Below are positions 58,306-64,000 of a stretch of 64,000 bases of DNA, piece by piece (the first letter of the stretch is position 1; every line of letters starts with the position of its first letter). Source of the stretch: Octopus vulgaris (Eukaryota); the NCBI GenBank assembly GCA_951406725.2, contig OX597822.1, forward strand, positions 65,410,001 to 65,474,000, read 5' to 3'. The translations under genes were made by a program, and so were the position numbers. Under the pieces are notes generated by a model, which did not search any database, was not told the DNA's origin, and was given only the letters and a program-made list of their open reading frames with translations.

Positions 58306-59354
58306 ATATATATACACACAAACTCATAGACATACTATATTCATACATGCATAAATACGAACACAAAATCCATACAGACAGTCACACACACAAGCGCACA
58401 ATCTCATACACACAGACACACACACACACACTCACACATACACAGACACTCACTCCCATACAAACACTTACACATACACACACACTCACACACACTCACA
58501 CATGCACACACTCACGCACGCACATATAGTAAATGAAAGAGGGAAGATGGAATATACGAGAGTTTATTATTAATTATGGCAACATGTATATGTGAAGAAT
58601 TATCAGTTAACTCAGGTGATTTAAGAATTTTTGAATATGGGAAATTACATGAAATCGGATACAGTACCTGCAGGCCGTCAATCTGAAGAAAAACAAACAA
58701 ACAAACAAATAATTCTATATGTATTTTCTTTCGGTTCTTTAAATACTAAGTTAAAAGAAAAGCAAATATCTCTGCGCTTCATTCTTCAAGGTTTGGTAAC
58801 ATAAAATAGTTAGAATATACAAAAATGGATTTAATATTTCCATAAAAGTAGCAACTATTCCCACAGGATATTGCTATGCGAGCTTTTATAGTGAGCTATA
58901 CAAGTCGGTAGATTAGTTAAAAGTGCACTCAGCTGCTATAAGATCTTGCAGAAAGACGAAAATAAAGAAAATTCGAAACAAATATAAATTTTAATATGCA
59001 AAAACAAAAAAAAAAAAACAGAAAACAAATTATCCAATATTTAGAACCATCTGTGTATCGTACTTAAAATGAACACATCGTTAAAAAGAAACATCGTAAA
59101 TAGAACGAAAAAAATGCACCTAATTCCTTTATTTCTATCGTTATTGGTATTGATTTTCATTCTGTATTTTTTTCCGTAAGATATTCCCCAAAAGTTTAAG
59201 ATTTTAGATTTTTTTCTTTTTTTTTTCTTTTCGTGAGTGTGAAGCCATCAAACAATCATGTGACATATGGTTATATATAAGAATCATGTTGTGTTATCAC
59301 ACACAGTAATCTGTAGATATATGGGTACATACAGACGTGTACTCTTTTATTCTT

Positions 59355-59563
59355 TACTCTCTTACTTGTTTCAGTCATGTGACTGCGGCCATGCTATAGC
59401 ACTGCCTTTAGTCGAGAAAATCGACCACAGGACTTATTCTTATTGTATCGGTCTCTTTTGCCAAAAGTTACGGGGACGTAAACACACCAGCAACGGTTGT
59501 AAAGCGATGTTGGGGGGACAAACACAGATACACAAATATATACACACACACATACATACATAC

Positions 59564-59602
<39 letters not shown>

Positions 59603-60166
59603 CGACGGGATTCTTTCAGTTTCCGTCTACCAAATCTACTCTCAAGGCTTTCGTTGGCCCGAGGCTATAGTAGAAGAAACTACTCTAAGGTCCCACGCAG
59701 TGGGACTGAACCCGGAACCATGTGTTTTGTAAGCAAGCTACTTACCCCACAGCCACTCCTACACCTATATGTGTGTGTGTATGAATATGTACTCTTTTAC
59801 TTGTTTCAGTCATTTTGACTGTGGCCATGCTGGAGCACCGCCTTTTAGTCGAGGAAATCGACCCCTGGAAGTATTCTTTGTAAGCCTGGTACTCATTTTA
59901 TCGGCTCTCTTTTGTCGAAGCGCTAAGTTACGGGAACGTAAACACACCAACATTGGTTGTCAACCGATGGTGGTGGGGGATAAACAAAGACACAAACACA
60001 CGAAATATATATACACTTATATACGACGGGCTTCTTTCAGTTTCCGTCTACCAAATCCACCCACAATGCTTTGGTTGGCCCGTGGCTATAGTAGAAGACA
60101 CTTGCCCAAGGTGCCACGCAGTGGGTCTGAATCCCGAACCATGTGATTGGGAAACAAGCTTCTTAC

Positions 60167-60168
<2 letters not shown>
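59355..60168 (-). mobile_element. Two tandem SINE family B copies (59355-59762, 59790-60168)
   Basis: Reverse complements of the 26005 element. Confidence 0.85.
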
Positions 60169-60242
<74 letters not shown>

Positions 60243-61797
60243 CACACACACACACACACACGCACACAAACACATATATATATATTCTCCCCCTTTCTCT
60301 CCCTCACCCTCTCCCTATCTCCCCATCCTCATTTCCCTCTCCCCTTCCCCTTCATTCCCCTTTTCTTCTCTCCACTCTTCCTCTCCTCTCTCCTTTTCTC
60401 CTCTCCTCTTCCTTCTCTCCACCTTTACCCGCTCTCTCTATAATATATATAGTTACACATACATACATGAATATATTTGTGTGTGTATGCGTGTGTGGGC
60501 ATATGTGTGTGTGTGTATATTATAGTACATAACTGGTAAATTCTTTGCTGGAAATATATATTAAATTTTCTTTCCACGTACGGATAAAACGTGACGGGAA
60601 ATGCTTCTTATTGATGGATGAAGACGAATAAATATGCTAACTGAAGTTTGCACTGTCAGCATCATTGACAGAGTTTATCTATTATATTAAGGTGTTTGTA
60701 GGAATATTGATTCAAATGAGTGTAATGCTATCACTTTGTTGTTATGGTAACCGCTACAGTTCAGCGAATATGTGTAAATCCGCTGAGGCGTTAGGAAATT
60801 GTCAATGGATTTTGATCCCATTCTCGTTGTAACCTTCTACGGTTTTTGTTTGTCGGTGTAATAAACGTAAAAGTGAATCTAAATACCAACATATGCTGTG
60901 TAATACGGATTTCAAAGGTCAAACCACTAATTAAAATAAGCTGTTTTATTTTCTGAGAATATCATGATGAAAGCGCAAAGCTTACTAACGGAAAAGAAAT
61001 AAAAAAAATAGGGAAAAAATAACGATGGGTAGATTGACTTTATTTTAGTGTAATTCAAAGCTACTTTAACGCCAAAACTAACCCGACGAATTCAATATGT
61101 AACATAAGGTAGCTTAATTCAGCACACCTTGGAAAAATTACTTTAAAACATCAAACAGTAAAATTATGGCACCAAAATGCCATAAAAGTTCCGTATGGTT
61201 TCTCACAGTTATGATTACGATGGTTACTGTTTACCAAACCTTATTGTATATAACACGAGTGTTTGTGTAATATAAAATGATGAGTGCAATACCATATGGT
61301 ACAAGCTTGATGTTGTTGCTTATCCCTAGCCAGCGCTACTTCAATACACCTCTCATCGAATGCTTACTCTTGTGGGGGAGTATCTAAGGCAACATAATCT
61401 GTCTAATTAAGCTAGATTAGTATGGTTAGATGAAGATTTGATTGCGATTGCAGGCGGAGAAATTACATTGTATATGCCAGACTTTAAGTGGTTTCCTCAC
61501 AGTCGTTAATTTCTGCGTGTTTTTTCTACCCCTACGAACATCTAACTGTTTAAGTGGTAATGTCACTATGTTGATGTCTCGATAGCGAAAGGCCTACTAG
61601 GTAATGGACATTATTCTTTTTTTTTTCCACATCAAGCGAATATAAGGTACTGAAACGAGGAAACAGGGGTGTTGAATACAGCAGGAATACTGTTATTGAC
61701 AATAGAGTTTCACAGAACATTACTGTTCTATACGATGGAGATAGGGGCCGCAGAAAGAGTAATATAGCCCTAATAGGGAACTGAAAGAAGCCCGTCG

Positions 61798-61874
<77 letters not shown>

Positions 61875-61973
61875 ACACACATTAACGATTAGTTAAATCA
61901 TCCATAGATTTCTATGGAGTAGACATATTTACTGCTGGCGATTTTGTCCGGAAACTGGCGAGTAGTGCCGACA

Positions 61974-62019
61974 CTGCTGATGGGGCTTCGAGTTTAAGCC
62001 GAAACCGTCGATGGTACGG
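61974..62019 (+). ncRNA. Hammerhead motif (A9G variant)
   Basis: ctg-CTGATGG-ggctt cgagttt aagcc-GAAA-ccgtcgatgg-TA-cgg. Perfect 5-bp stem II, self-complementary stem III, GUA triplet. Confidence 0.6.
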
Positions 62020-62202
62020 GATATCACGATCGTGACTTTCGACCGTTCACGGTCCCTGTCAGTATGTATGTATACATGCGTTGAGTGCGGCGTCAGACAA
62101 CTTTAGCTCGTATTTCTAGCATTGTTGATGTTCTTAACATTCTCTGTCATATTTAATGAAAATCATAATTTCCCTTTTTTGTGATACATTGCTAAACAGC
62201 TG

Positions 62203-62271
<69 letters not shown>

Positions 62272-62273
<2 letters not shown>

Positions 62274-63099
62274 GATAAGAGTAAATAATTTCTATAAAGG
62301 CTTTTAAAAAAACCCCAATTATTTACTGGTAGAATTCGGTATGTAAATATAGCCGATTACCGGCAGGAACTTCTGTAAAGTTCAGTATATATATTGTATA
62401 TAAGAAAAAGGGACAGGCAAAACAGGTTGCTTGACCGCATACCGAAAAAATAGAAATAGCAGTCAAGAATGCTTATTTCTATCAAAGTTGGACTCCGGGC
62501 ATGACAGACCCTGCAATTCACATATGCAAAACAGAAGGAATAGATAACGAATACGAAGTCTGGCGGTTATCTGTGAACATCATGTTTCTGGATTATAAAC
62601 ATATTGAATATATATTCCATATATTTTTGAAATATATTTCATATATATTGCATATATATTTCACATCCTTCTTCAGCACAGCTTTCCATTGAAAAAGATT
62701 TATCATAGATTTATCAAATGCTACGTACCTCAAACCTTCTGACCATGCGACATCAAAATATTTGAAGAAAGTGAGCAGAGGCTAAACCTACATAGACGTT
62801 TGAATTCATAAATCTTCCCTCCAAAATTTTGCCATGCGCATTACAGTTAGGTTGTCAAATATATTTCAAAAATATATGGAATATATATTCAATATGTTTA
62901 TAATCCAGAAACATGATGTCACAGATAACCGCCAGACTTCGTATTCGTTATCTATTCCTTCTGTTTTGCATATGTGAATTGCAGGGTCTGTCATGCCCGG
63001 AGTCCAACTTTGATAGAAATAAGCATTCTTGACTGCTATTTCTATTTTTTCGGTATGCGGTCAAGCAACCTGTTTTGCCTGTCCCTTTTTCTTATATAC
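62272..63099. mobile_element. Young inverted-repeat element in (TA)n
   Basis: Arms 62396-62639 and 62857-63099 (one indel seen), 217-bp spacer, unpaired left extension 62272-62395. Confidence 0.88.
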
Positions 63100-63132
<33 letters not shown>

Positions 63133-63133
63133 T

Positions 63134-63198
<65 letters not shown>

Positions 63199-63199
63199 G

Positions 63200-63230
<31 letters not shown>

Positions 63231-63237
63231 GTATATA

Positions 63238-63290
<53 letters not shown>

Positions 63291-63359
63291 GTATATATAT
63301 AAACGTATGTGAACTTTTTCAATAAATGGCTTATTGATGTGCATTGTTTCTCTTTTTTC

Positions 63360-63443
63360 TCCCTGAAGAAAATATCGCATTGTTTTACATTATTTCATTC
63401 CCTCTGGAATAATACCAATCTGTTCCTCGAAACATATGTCGGA
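63360..63443 (+). ncRNA. Hammerhead-like motif with long, poorly paired stem II
   Basis: tcc-CTGAAGA-(~59 nt)-GAAA-catatg-TC-gga. Palindromic stem III ACATATGT, GUC triplet. Confidence 0.45.
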
Positions 63444-63498
63444 AGTATAAAGTTTCGAATAACACCTGCGTTTAACTCCATTCCTTCATATATGTATG

Positions 63499-63554
<56 letters not shown>

Positions 63555-63652
63555 AGAGTAAGTACATTAATGCGAAACAAGTTAGAAAAAATAGTACTCG
63601 AATATCAGAGGTAAAGTAATATGCTTTATTAAAAAGAAGCAAAAATATCACA

Positions 63653-63698
63653 AAAACTGTTACTCAGAGTTTCATGTTCCCCTTCGTCGGATGGTTTT
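63653..63698 (-). ncRNA. Hammerhead-like motif in element 63553-63710
   Basis: Minus strand: aaaaccat-CCGACGA-aggggaacat-GAAA-ctc t gag-TA-acagtttt. Confidence 0.55.
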
Positions 63699-64000
63699 GT
63701 TTAGATAGCGTTGCTATTATTTTAAACTGTCTCATGTCCAAATTTGGCCAAATACGTTTTCTTCAATATATATTTTTGCATGCAATAGCCGGTTCTTTTG
63801 GTCAAACTATTGTATCTCCAGCTGCTTCAGAACCCAGGATATGAAAAATTTTCATTGTAGTACGACTGTCTTGCTATGAAATGGTGAAACTCCTTTTTCG
63901 TTTTCTGAAAAATGCAACGTTTTGGACTTGCGGCACTTTTGCATAATGACAATGGTATATATATATACTCATACATACATACATACATACATACATACAT

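Noticed and set aside
62558-62600. SLAVICEHHV resembling a THAP CxxH motif
   Set aside because: The frame is tiny, bounded by stops, and lacks the other THAP residues.

Overview
AT-rich, microsatellite-dense eukaryotic non-coding DNA. The SINE repertoire suggests a cephalopod, probably Octopus (inference). No host protein-coding gene can be supported, and almost all ORFs in the track are translations of (TA)n, (CA)n, (TACA)n or trinucleotide repeats. Recognisable content: the 3' end of a Penelope-like retroelement (PLE) with a GIY-YIG endonuclease, several tRNA-derived SINE families, decayed REL-endonuclease (R4/Dong-like) and CR1/L2-like LINE ends, and a non-autonomous Helitron. The most interesting signal is about 10 type I hammerhead-ribozyme motifs from several unrelated short non-coding elements, many sitting in (TA)n tracts. 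Several of these elements share a 'palindrome plus one-sided tail' architecture. The largest is a ~7.3 kb fold-back (29997-37281) capped at both ends by outward-facing, apparently intact hammerheads. All folds and alignments were done by eye, so boundaries are approximate.
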